Part shown: piece by piece, positions 1-10,205 of the stretch
Numbering within the stretch: position 1 is the stretch's first letter
How the letters are laid out: each line of letters begins with the position of its first letter
Notes under the pieces: generated by a model
Told to the model about the DNA's origin: nothing
Seen by the model: only the letters and a program-made list of their open reading frames with translations
The model's database searches: none
Translations under genes and position numbers: made by a program
NCBI RefSeq assembly: GCF_021869535.1
Contig: NW_026262679.1
Span: 60,760,001-60,824,000 of the forward strand
Direction: 5' to 3'
From: Mytilus californianus
Taxonomy: Eukaryota
DNA: 64,000 nucleotides

Positions 1-2
1 TT

Positions 3-293
3 TGTTTTTCAGATCCATTGTTTGTCAAAGAGAATGGTAGCGCTTTAGACAGGGACTTTTTCATCAGAAGTCTAAGACATGTACTAGATATTTGTGGGTA
101 CAACTCAAGCTTATACAATGGTCATTCTTTTAGAATTGGTGCCAGTACATCGGCAGGATCTGTTAATACTCAAGATCATCTTATCAAAACTCTCGGTCGG
201 TGGACATCAGACAGTTATTGTCGTTATATTCGTATTTCCACGGACACGATTCGAAAAGCACAGAAGTCTTTGACATTGTCTAAAAATATCTGA
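3..293 (+). CDS. C-terminal part of a DIRS/Ngaro-type tyrosine recombinase (partial, open off the window's left edge)
   Basis: Frame is open from base 3: PLFVKENG...GHSFRIGAST...IKTLGRWTSDSYCRYIR, i.e. the HxxR, GRW and catalytic Tyr region of retroelement YRs. Confidence 0.9.
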   Translation, partial: CFSDPLFVKENGSALDRDFFIRSLRHVLDICGYNSSLYNGHSFRIGASTSAGSVNTQDHLIKTLGRWTSDSYCRYIRISTDTIRKAQKSLTLSKNI

Positions 294-422
294 GTCATAT
301 TCGATATGTGGACATTATCGAACTTGAATGGATGTTATTTTACCAAGAACAATGAACTTTAATTGTGAACTTGTTGACCGTAATTGAACTTTTATGTGAA
401 TTAACTTTACTTGTTATGAAGT

Positions 423-800
423 ATTCAGCCATTCGAAGAGTTGCTGTTTTTTCCTCTCGATACACTTGGACATATCTTTATACATACAATATCGTTTAGC
501 AGAAGAAACAATGTATTTTAACTTTAAGCCTTATCTATAGTGACAATTATTTGAATTCGAATTTACCGATTTCATAGAATATTCAGCCGTTTCGAAGAGT
601 TGCTGTTTTCCCCTGATACATGTGGATTTATATTTTACTGTATTTAACGAACTTGTGTCATTGAGTTTTTGCCAAAAAACGCGTATTTCAATTTAGAGCC
701 TGCTTGGAATGTGAAAAGAAACACATGTGAACCTTATAGTTTTCTTATATTCAGCCATGTGACGAGTTGCTGTTTTATTTTTCTAGATACAATCAAACTT
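423..800 (+). repeat. Three diverged tandem ~160-bp units downstream of the YR
   Basis: ATTCAGCC...GAGTTGCTGTTTT recurs at 423, 581 and 749 (spacing 158 and 168). Confidence 0.8.
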
Positions 801-2381
801 TACAGTTATGTTTTGTGCATCATATTTGTATATTCATTTTGTTTTTCTCTCTCTCTCTGTCTAATACTTTTTCACCACATGCGACTTGAAGGCTCCCTTT
901 ATACCCCCTTTTGAATTCCACCTCACTTAATATCTTACAACTTGGGGGATTACTCAGCTCATATACTTTTTTATTTTTCATATAATCTGAGCAATGGCCA
1001 TTCATTGCATTTTTTATCACTGGTCAGTCTTTTAAATGACAATTGTTTATCCCCCAAGTTCTATCAACTTACAACTCACATTTCATTAGTTATACTACAG
1101 TTGATAGGACAGGTCACGTCGAATTTCCTGTCAACCACTGTTTCGCAAGCATCAATAGTTCGCGCAAACTACGCTTTACAACAGCTCAGGATTCAGGGAA
1201 TTCGACGGGAAAATATTTTCATAATTAGCAAAAATATTTTCAAAATTAGCTGAGATGATTTCCCAAGGGCAATACTATATATATTTTTTTTTTTGGTAAT
1301 AAATTTTATATTTCTTTTATATTTGTCAGTTTTCTCTGTTGAAATGTATTCGTTTTCAGTCAGGCATTTTGTCTCTGTTATAGCACCACCAGCCACTTAA
1401 TTACAGACTACATTACTTAACTTGGTACAGGTCATTAAGGTCAATTACAAGTGTATAACAGTTGTAACCTTCAGACGATGACCAATGAGCCTTTAACTAT
1501 GTCACAACGTAGTTAATTTACAGTATACCTTCTTGGAGAAACTTTGTGGTATAAATGTTAAATTATTTGAATATATAGCATATAATTTGGTTTATAATTG
1601 TTTCGACAGCTGCATTTTATTGCTCGTTTGAGAAGTTCTTCTCTTAATGATCCATAACGACTTTCGGGTGTTTGTTTTTGTTTCTGTGTCTCGTCGAGAA
1701 TTTTATAGCTTAGCAGTCAGATAGCGGTCAGACCATAGCCGTTAAAATAATTATTATTGAAATTATTTTGATAGATAACGCTGTCTTCTTGTTTCGATCA
1801 GTTTCGTTAGCAGTTCTCGTGGATTTTTGCATAGATTGTATTATAATGTCTTATGCAGCGCGAGATTTTAGCGTGATTACCCATGATGCATTTCGAAGAT
1901 GCTCAGCGTGCCTTAATTAATGGCGGATTTTGCATCTTACTATACAAATCCTTGCTTTCAGATATAAAATTTGAATAACAAATATTTTTTTATTTCGAAA
2001 ATCTTTAAATATAAGAATCAAATGCTATGTTTCTTAAAATTCATACGAAATTAAAACAAGTGTCCATCACAGTTTTAGCAAGAATCGCATCATGCATATA
2101 TGATGGTCACTTGCTTTCATTTCGTTTAATTAAAAAAAAAAAACATTTAGTTCTATGATATGAAAATTAAGACAAGATAATCATAGAATAACGGTATCAA
2201 TTCTTGACAGTCATCAACACTTTCACTGCATTCACAGATCTTCAAGTATAATGTGACTTATATGCATTAGTGTAAAATACATGAATATATTATTATAGCA
2301 TAAATTATAATGAACATCTAGACTCAGAAATTTCAGCATTGGTTTTGCAAGATTATCACACTGTTGCTTCAAATGTTTCAG

Positions 2382-2493
2382 CAATTTGCCTGCCTGAATG
2401 CAAAAATGGAGGAAAATGTACTTCGCCCGGTATTTGTTCATGTGTTGAAGGTTGGAAAGGGGACCGGTGTGAAATATAAGGATATTGTTGAAG
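2382..2493 (+). pseudogene. EGF-like domain exon, small-peptide gene copy A (TAA at 2477-2479 right after the 6th Cys region)
   Basis: tttcag acceptor and AAG|gtaata donor; phase-1 reading gives ICLPECKNGGKCTSPGICSCVEGWKGDRCEI*, a complete 6-Cys EGF pattern. Confidence 0.8.
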
Positions 2494-3313
2494 GTAATAT
2501 ATATATATAAATAAAAAGAGCGTCAATGATATTGCTACTCAATATTACAATCAAATATAAATGATATTAATAGGTCAGCTTTTTTTTACATGCGCACATA
2601 GATTGACACAATTGAATCAAAAGCCAGAGTAGGTTAAAGAACGGTTAAAATCGGCCCCAAGATTTTACTTCTATTTAATCTTGCCAAATCACTGCAAATT
2701 TAACATATAATTTTGTATTACAGCATAAAAACTTCTATTTAGCATATCATATATTGAATTAAGATGTTATGACAGCTTAAATATGCACAATTTGTGTTCT
2801 CGCGTCCGTTTTGTTCCGATTTTTTCTTAGTTTATTAGGATTTTTATTATAGTTATGTTGGTCCTAGTCCTGATTCAGACATTTTTCGTGTATAGGTGTT
2901 CAATATAAACCTTAACAGCTTTTGATTTTAGGTCTGCAAAATGCACAAAATCGTCTTGCTTTAACAACATATTTAAAATGTGCTAATTTAGGAGTCTATA
3001 ATGTATTCTTATGAAACAGATCATTTAACTTAGCGTTAAGACTTTTGAAATACGTCTATTTTAGATAAAAATGAAGCTTTTTTGATATTTTATGATAAAG
3101 TTTCTATTCAAGGCCATTGTTGGAAAATGTAAACCTTGTTGTGTAGTATCACCACCGGATATAGGTACTTCCGCAGCGGTGATAAAAACACGTGAATCTA
3201 TTCCCGTACAGAAAAACACTATTCGCCGTACAATTTATCAGCTTTATTTACATGAATTGTTCTGTGAAAACAATAGTTTATTCCGAAATACAGTGTCGTT
3301 CAAGCTTAAATAT

Positions 3314-4391
3314 TGTAACGGCCGGGTCTGTGCCTGGGGAGATTAAATTTCGGGAGGGACAATTATCCCATCATGTATGAAAAAGTATTTAACTTGTGGA
3401 TGGAAGTCAAGTGTTTGGGAATGGAGAAAAATTGTATAAATACCAAAATACTGTACGTTATTACCGGTGAAATGTCACCGTGAAGCAACACTCTAAAATG
3501 TCACTTAATTATAGTTATGTACACGACACGGTCTCAACACAGCTAGAGTGTCAACCATAAGAAGATACGTACGTTAATTCCTTTTGGGAAAATAAAGACC
3601 CGATATTTTAAATAGAGACCAGCTATCGAACTTAAATTTACTATAACATAGGAATATTTACTCTATATCACAAACAATCTGATTGGATACCTTTACTAGA
3701 AATTATTGAAGGCCAGCGGGCTATTTCACTAACACACAAAAGATCACTTAAATGTACGACACGCCAGCGACACACTTTTGAAATAAATTACAGAATATTT
3801 ATTAATAGAGTCGTGCATAATTATAAAGTAGATTGACATCTACATTTATGCCAATACGTTAGAGACAATAAACTATTAGGCATATACGTACAAACAGAAA
3901 CATCAAACATTGTTTAAAAAGAAGGATAATATTGTTGCTAGTGTTATTGTATTCTATTTATATTAATACACATGTATTTCCCATATATTGATACCAGAGC
4001 TAACAACGTGTAACTACCACGAATGCCAGTAAAGCCGTTTATTAATCCCTATTTCTATCTCGTGTTTTAGGATCACATTATATTACGAGAGCAGCCAATA
4101 TTGTTTTTAATTGTGTATACTATACTTATTAATATATTGTTCAACCTGTATAAACTATAGTGTTGTGGTTAATAAATCATTAACTTCATTCAGTATGATT
4201 CTATAAATGCCCTACAAGACTCAATCTCGATACTGATTACAGATTCGTTGGGTGCTACACTCAAAAATTCATGTAGCAATCCTCTAAGTACGCAACCTAC
4301 GACCTGTTTTCAGGTATATAAAATTATCAGACACATAACGCTAAGTATAAAGTCGTCCGTCACCGGAAGTCGGAACCCTCAGCCCGCTACA
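3314..4391 (+). repeat. 5' LTR (1078 bp)
   Basis: TGTAACGG...CCGCTACA; about 98% identical to the 3' LTR by hand count (roughly 20-25 differences) apart from one 514-bp gap. Confidence 0.95.
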
Positions 4392-4393
4392 AT

Positions 4394-4411
4394 TGGTGGC
4401 AGCGGTGGGAT
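4394..4411 (+). promoter_or_regulatory. Primer-binding site complementary to the tRNA-Leu (AAG/TAG type) 3' end
   Basis: TGGTGGCAGCGGTGGGAT starts 2 nt after the LTR. It is the reverse complement of ...ATCCCACCGCTGCCA-CCA, the metazoan tRNA-Leu(AAG/TAG) end as I recall it. Confidence 0.9.
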
Positions 4412-4432
4412 CTCTATTAGGGAATCCACAGA

Positions 4433-5997
4433 GTGACGTTTGAGACCAAAGACAACCTTTGTAAGACATTGCAAGCAACAGCACGACTACCACTCCACTT
4501 GGAAGAGATGAGGTGGATAACACAGGTGCCCAGGAGACGGGACTCCCCGCACCTGATAGAACACGCTACACCATCGGGAGAAGTACAGGTGCGGGTTACA
4601 AAAGAAAGGACTCGGACTAACCAATCAGATCTCAGACACATAGATGGTACGAGACTAAAATTTACAGATTGTGACAAAGATGAACGTGTCGGCAGGGCGG
4701 CGTTTCATAATCGAAATAGAAACGAATCAGCATTTGTTGACTCAGCATATTTCTTGGCTGAGCATCAACGGTCAACCCATGGAAGGGGAGATACAACTAT
4801 ATATACAAGTCCAAGTTTGACTACGGGACAGGACCCCACGGACATTCGGGAGGTTGGCCATCTCAACAAGAGTATCTCCTGTGATTCTCCTTTGCCAACT
4901 AGGCGAACTAGAATGCAAGAAGAATCAATTTCTATGCCATCCGGAGGCATGAGGGCATTCCCATGGAAGGTCCGCACTGACACTGAGGCTCTTAATTTGT
5001 GTGACGGCCGCGCACGGGAGTCGACAAGGCGAGTGTCAGGGTTTGAGGACAATGTACTTGGTCATTGCTATGACCAATTGACAGAACGACGCCGTTCACC
5101 AGTATTTGGAAATAGATGGGGGAAAATCGACAACCGACAAGGATGCACAATCAGCTTGTTGCAAACAACACAAACACAAGTAACAAAAACAAGAATGCTG
5201 CAAACTATGATTGGGCAAGCAGCTGGCAAGACTATCAGGTACATTTTGAAATGGTGGCTGAGATAAACTGATGGGATAATGCCACAAAAGCCCTAGAGCT
5301 AGCAACGAGTCTCAGAGGATCAGCACAGGCAATTCTCAGTGACCTTAGACCAGATCGAAGAAGAAACTACGAACAACTAGTAGCAGCATTAGTATCACGT
5401 TTTCAGCCCAGTAACCAGGCAGAACTATATAGGGTACAGATGAAAAATAGAACAAGGGATAAAGGACAAGTTTTGCCCGAATTAGCACAGGACATAAAAC
5501 GACTGACAAGACTTGCATACCCGACAGCACCAATTGAAGTGAGGGAACAACTTGCACGTGATTGCTTTATGGACTCCTTAGGGGACCCGGATCTTGAATG
5601 GGCAATTTTCCAGGGGAAACCCATCAATATTGATGACAGTGTCAGGATAGGCCTTGAATATGAGGCGTTCAGTACGGGACAAAGAAGGAAATTCCCGAGC
5701 CGTGTCGCTCTTAGAAGACAGACAGAAGTATCGGATGAATCCGATTGCAGTGACGATATGGGCAACTTAGTAGAAAGATTAGCGAGAATAGAGAAGCAGG
5801 CAACAAAACCAAAGCATCCACTTACCTGTTATTTCTGTGGCATAACCGGCCACATCAAAAGAGAGTGTAGGAAGTATTTGGCTTCACAAGGTCGACAGCA
5901 AAGTCGCCCAGGAGTCACAAGAGCCAACAACAGGACATACACACAGGGCACGCAAACTAATAGTGGATATTTCGTGTCCAATTCGGGAAACTATTAG
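4433..5997 (+). pseudogene. gag: gag, disrupted (frameshift near 5100-5190, in-frame TGA at 5269-5271)
   Basis: Capsid-like SWQDYQVHFEMVAEIN*WDNATKALELATSLRGSA...ELAQDIKRLTRLAYP and zinc knuckle CYFCGITGHIKREC. The start codon is uncertain. Confidence 0.9.
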
Positions 5998-6052
5998 AGG
6001 TCGAAGGAGGGGTCCCACCTTTGATCAGCTTTTGTAAAATTGCACAGGGACC
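5985..6052 (+). promoter_or_regulatory. -1 programmed ribosomal frameshift signal (G GGA AAC heptamer plus H-type pseudoknot)
   Basis: In-frame heptamer 5985-5991; 7-nt spacer; stem 1 5999-6007 pairs 6018-6026 (9 bp incl. 2 G-U); stem 2 6011-6016 GGUCCC pairs 6047-6052 GGGACC. The -1 frame is open into the protease. Confidence 0.85.
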
Positions 6053-6910
6053 ATCTGAGAATTTAAGATGTAGAGAGAATAAACATGATAGTTTGTATTT
6101 AAAAATTTATGTAAATAATGTTATAGTAAATTGTCTTATTGACACAGGGTCAACTATGACAGTACTACATAGCCGCAAATATTTTGCGATACCAGAGCCT
6201 AAAAGGCCAGGGCTTTCAACAAGTGGTGTGCGATTAAAAATGGCCAATGGGGAATTGATACCCACCATGGGTCAAGCAAATTTTTGTATTAAAATCAATG
6301 ACAAGTGTTATAGCCAACGGTTTTTGGTAGCAGAAATTGATGCTCCAGCCGTCCTGAGATACGATTTTCTATACTTACATAAGTGTAACTTGGATATGGG
6401 GGGGGGGGGGGGGGGATTGTTTACTATTGACAACACAGAGATACGTTGTAAGAAAGAAAGTCAAATGGCAGCCATTTTTAAGGTGTCAATTGAACATAAT
6501 ATTGTACTCCCGCCATTTTCTGAAGTGGTCGTACCTGGAAAAATAGAGGGAGACCCTACGCATATATCTAATGCAATTATAGAACCGAAAAATTATTCCG
6601 ACCAGACTGATTTACTTATTGCAAGGTCGTTGGTAGATCCTAGCAATGGAGTTGTACCACTCAGAATTGCCAACATGTCTGACACAGAACGGGTTGTATA
6701 TGGCAGTACAAGGATAGTCAAATATGAGACATTTATTATTGCTCAAGGACGTTTTCTGGATAACGACACGGAAGGACGGATAGATATGGTGAGAGATACT
6801 AAGGAGGAGGAAGACGAAAAACCAAACAGTTTCTGAAAAAGAAGATAAAGATGAACAGTTAGTGACTCGACGTCGGCATAAACCAGCTTATCTCAAAGAT
6901 TATGTTGAAT
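5992..6910 (+). pseudogene. pol: pol remnant: aspartic protease fused to the integrase C-terminal tail
   Basis: CLIDTGSTMTVL protease motif. After about 6730 the sequence jumps to an acidic tail ending TRRRHKPAYLKDYVE* (6908-6910), a typical Gypsy pol C-terminus. No YxDD, RNaseH or HHCC/DDE motifs remain. Confidence 0.88.
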
Positions 6911-7124
6911 AATTGAATTATTAAACTTGATGTACATAATTTACTTGTAAATATGTTGTGACTTTTATTATAATGTTACTAACCTTTAAACTTTGGGATT
7001 ATTTAGGAGTTCCAGTCAATGCAGTCGGAGGAATAACCATGGCTCTGGTATCATTAATTCTCTCCCTGAACGTCGCTTGATAAATAACTTATAATTATAT
7101 TTTCTTTTCTTTGTATCTTAATAG

Positions 7125-8374
7125 ATGAATACATGTATGGTGTGTATGAGAACATACAGAAAACAGGAAAGTTTAAAGAGGCACATGAGATATGCCCACA
7201 GTGTCAACAAAATAAGATGCAGGTGGTGCCCCTATGAGGTGTCGTCAAATGTAAGGTTCAGGATGAAAGACCACAAGCGGTCGCAGCACTGGTACCGGTT
7301 TCACGTTGAGCAGGCAGAACCATTGAAGGAAAATAACTCCAGGAGTTATAATTATAGAAAGGAAAAAGGAGAAAGGAAGAAAAAGAATACCTCAGCAGTA
7401 AAGTCAATAGTTAACAAAATTAGGGGTAAGAAAGAAGAAGAAGAAGAGGTAAAGAAAATTACTAAAGATGTCATTCCACAATTTATAGCTACACCTATTT
7501 CTCCACTAAGGGAGCCATCTCCAGTGGATATTGAGTTTGAAGAATTTGTAGCCACCAAACTTACTACGGAAAAAGAAGACGAGTTGTTTAGCGTACCAAA
7601 GCTAAGGGTGGCAACTCTCCCCATGCCACCTGCAGAGAAATAAAAAATATTGGTGGAGTCTTTGAAAGAGATGGTGGACTCCCCAATTACTGAGAAGACA
7701 GACAAATCATCTAGTGTGGATACGGAAACGGAGGACGTCACGCCTACCGAAAAGGAAACCAACACTAAAGAAGAGGACGTCATGGAAATAGAAGAGATGG
7801 AGGAAGGTGAAGGGAACTACAGGATACTTTCGCCACTACTACTATAGTAATACCTGAAGAGGTAGTGCCGAGCCCAGATGAAGATATCAGGGTGTTTGAA
7901 ATAGATGGGACACGGCCCACTCCACGCTATCTACCATCTAAAGTTAGCGTGATAGACAAAAAGTATGGCAGGGTCTATGACCATCGGCATTATCTATTAC
8001 CTGAAGAAAAGGATAATGAAGACCCTAGGCATGTTTTGGCATGCCCGCCGTCATCGTATAGCCTGGCAGAGGAGGCCTCACTGTTGAGGCGTCTACGAGA
8101 ACAGGCAAGGAGAAAGGGTGTGACATCTAATACTATACCAGATGGATATTCAGGTTTGATTAAGACCGAAAGATGTGAATTACCAGACGGAACAATTTAC
8201 TCACTTACAAGTCACTGGGTACCTGAGATACCAATAAGGAGGAGGCAACACATGGGCACGCAAGTGGACGATATGAAGACAACCGCAAAAGAGACGCAGA
8301 CGGAGACCGTGAAATCAGCTCAAACAGTAGATGTTGAAATAGAGTGTGACATTATTGCATGTAGAATGTACTGA
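7125..8374 (+). pseudogene. Accessory ORF3 (~415 aa reconstructed): two N-terminal C2H2 zinc fingers, acidic/Lys-rich linker, unknown C-terminal domain
   Basis: CMVCMRTYRKQESLKRHMRYAH (C-x2-C-x12-H-x4-H) and CRWC-x14-H-x4-H. ORFs 7125-7643 and 7650-7847 share a frame (one TAA); one frameshift between 7811 and 7845 joins 7865-8374. A polypyrimidine tract and AG directly precede the ATG. Confidence 0.8.
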
Positions 8375-8605
8375 TAATTACAAACAATATATTAGACAAG
8401 TATTCAGTGTGACTTTTGGATTTTATAGATAGTGGTATATATATGTTTGTAAAATTGCATATTATTTATGAATATTTATAATGATTATTTATATATAAGG
8501 TAATTGATAATGGTAAGTAAGCTACTTTACATTGGCATGTTCATGATAAGCTTAGGCTACTAGGGAAATAGTTTGGGAACAGTTTGGGGACACACTCTTT
8601 TTGTT

Positions 8606-8615
8606 AAGGGGGCAT
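8606..8615 (+). promoter_or_regulatory. Polypurine tract
   Basis: AAGGGGG(CAT) immediately before the 3' LTR TG. Confidence 0.8.
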
Positions 8616-10205
8616 TGTAACGGCCGGTCTGTGCCTGGGGAGATTAAATTTCGGGAGGGACAATTATCCCATCATGTATGAAAAAGTATTTAACTTGTGG
8701 ATGGAAGTCAAGTGTTTGGGAATGGAGCTGAATTGTATAAATACCAAAATACTGTACGTTATTACCGGTGAAGTGTCACCTTGAAGCAACACTCTAAAAT
8801 GTCACTTAATTATAGTTATGTACGTATTGAATTATTATGAAATGTGTTTCTTACCTTCCCTAGATAATTTGCTGGCGTTTTCGTGGTAGTTACCATGTAT
8901 TTTTAGAGCTTTAAAAGGTATGTGCAGCGTAAATGTTGCACGACACGCTCTGTGTTATGATATTGTCGTCAGCCATTATTGTTGACGTTATTGTATTGCA
9001 TCTTGGGATAGCGCAGGTGGCATGACGTCACAGACGTTATGCTATTTGCGTTATGTCTTTATTGAACTTTGTGTCGCACCGTGTCGTACTGATTATAAAT
9101 ACGGAAGTTCGCTTCTCTCGGGATCAGTCTTGTCTTTGCTGGGCGCCATATTCAAAATTTGAAAGTCTTACAAGCATTTGCAAATTAATATTGTCATATT
9201 GTCGTTAAGGTGGGCACAATTAATATTATTGTCGAAAGTAATTTCTATTCATTTTATCAATAAGTATTTATTTATCCTCATAAAGAAAACAGTTGGCTTT
9301 TATTAAATATAATATATCATCTTTACTGTGTACCGACACGACACGGTCTCGACACAGCTAGAGTGTCAACCATAAGAAGATACGTACGTTAATTCCTTTT
9401 GGGAAAATAAAGACCCGATATTTTGAATAGAGACCAGCTATCGAACTTAATTTTACTATAACACAAGAATATTTACTCTATATCACAAACAATCTGATTG
9501 GATACCTTTACTAGAAATTATTGAAGGCCAGCGGGCTATTTCACTAACACACAAAAGATCACTTAAATGTACGACACGCCAGCGACACACTTTTGAAATA
9601 AATTACAGAATATTGATTAATAGAGTCGTGCATAATTATAAAGTAGATTGACATCTTCATCTATGCCAATAAGTTAGAGACATTAACTATTAGGCATATA
9701 CGTACAAACAGAAACATCAAACATTGTTTAAAAAGAAGGATAATATTGTTGCTAGTGTTATTGTATTCTATTTATATTAATACACATGTATTTCCCATAT
9801 ATTGATACCAGAGCTAACAACGTGTAACTACCACGAATGCCAGTAAAGCCGTTTATTAATCCCTATTTCTATCTCGTGTTTTAGAATCACATGATATTAC
9901 GAGAGCAGCCAATATTGTTTTTAATTGTGTATACTATACTTATTAATATATTGTTCAACCTGTATAAACTATAGTGTTGTGGTTAATAAATCATTAACTT
10001 TATTCAGTATGATTCTATAAATGGCCTACAAGACTCAATCTCGATACTGATTACAGATTCGTTGGGTGCTACACTCACAAATTCATGTAGCAATCCTCTA
10101 AGTACGCAACCTACGACCTGTTTTCAGGTATATAAAATTATCAGACACATAACGCTAAGTATAAAGTCGTCCGTCACCGGAAGTCGGAACCCTCAGCCCG
10201 CTACA
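8616..10205 (+). repeat. 3' LTR (1590 bp)
   Basis: Same ends as the 5' LTR; carries an extra 514 bp (8824-9337). Confidence 0.95.
9023..9152 (+). promoter_or_regulatory. Candidate LTR Pol II core promoter (CRE, TATA, Inr, YY1-like)
   Basis: TGACGTCA 9023-9030; TATAAATA 9094-9101; TCAGTC initiator with A at 9126 (32 nt after the TATA start); CGCCATATT 9144-9152. Confidence 0.6.

Larger units (their letters stand above)
1..1955 (+). mobile_element. 3' end of a DIRS/Ngaro-type YR retrotransposon (right boundary approximate)
   Basis: YR is the last ORF, followed by internally repeated non-coding sequence. The terminal repeats cannot be matched because the 5' end lies outside the window. Confidence 0.5.
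3314..10205 (+). mobile_element. Ty3/Gypsy LTR retrotransposon, internally deleted (no RT/RNaseH/integrase core), with an extra ORF
   Basis: TG...CA LTRs, 4-bp TSD ATAT (3310-3313 and 10206-10209), PBS, PPT, gag with CCHC knuckle, aspartic protease and integrase C-terminal tail. Confidence 0.97.

Noticed and set aside
6398-6416. Long G/C homopolymers (also near 43467 and 59896) as G-quadruplex or functional signals
   Set aside because: Single slippage-type runs; their lengths may also be assembly artefacts.
4341-7783. Antisense ORFs over the Gypsy interior (e.g. 4765-5052, 5403-5765, 7352-7783)
   Set aside because: They are shadows of the sense coding frames with no motifs.
7125-8374. ORF3 as an envelope glycoprotein
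   Set aside because: No signal peptide, furin/fusion peptide or transmembrane segment; it is hydrophilic and carries zinc fingers.
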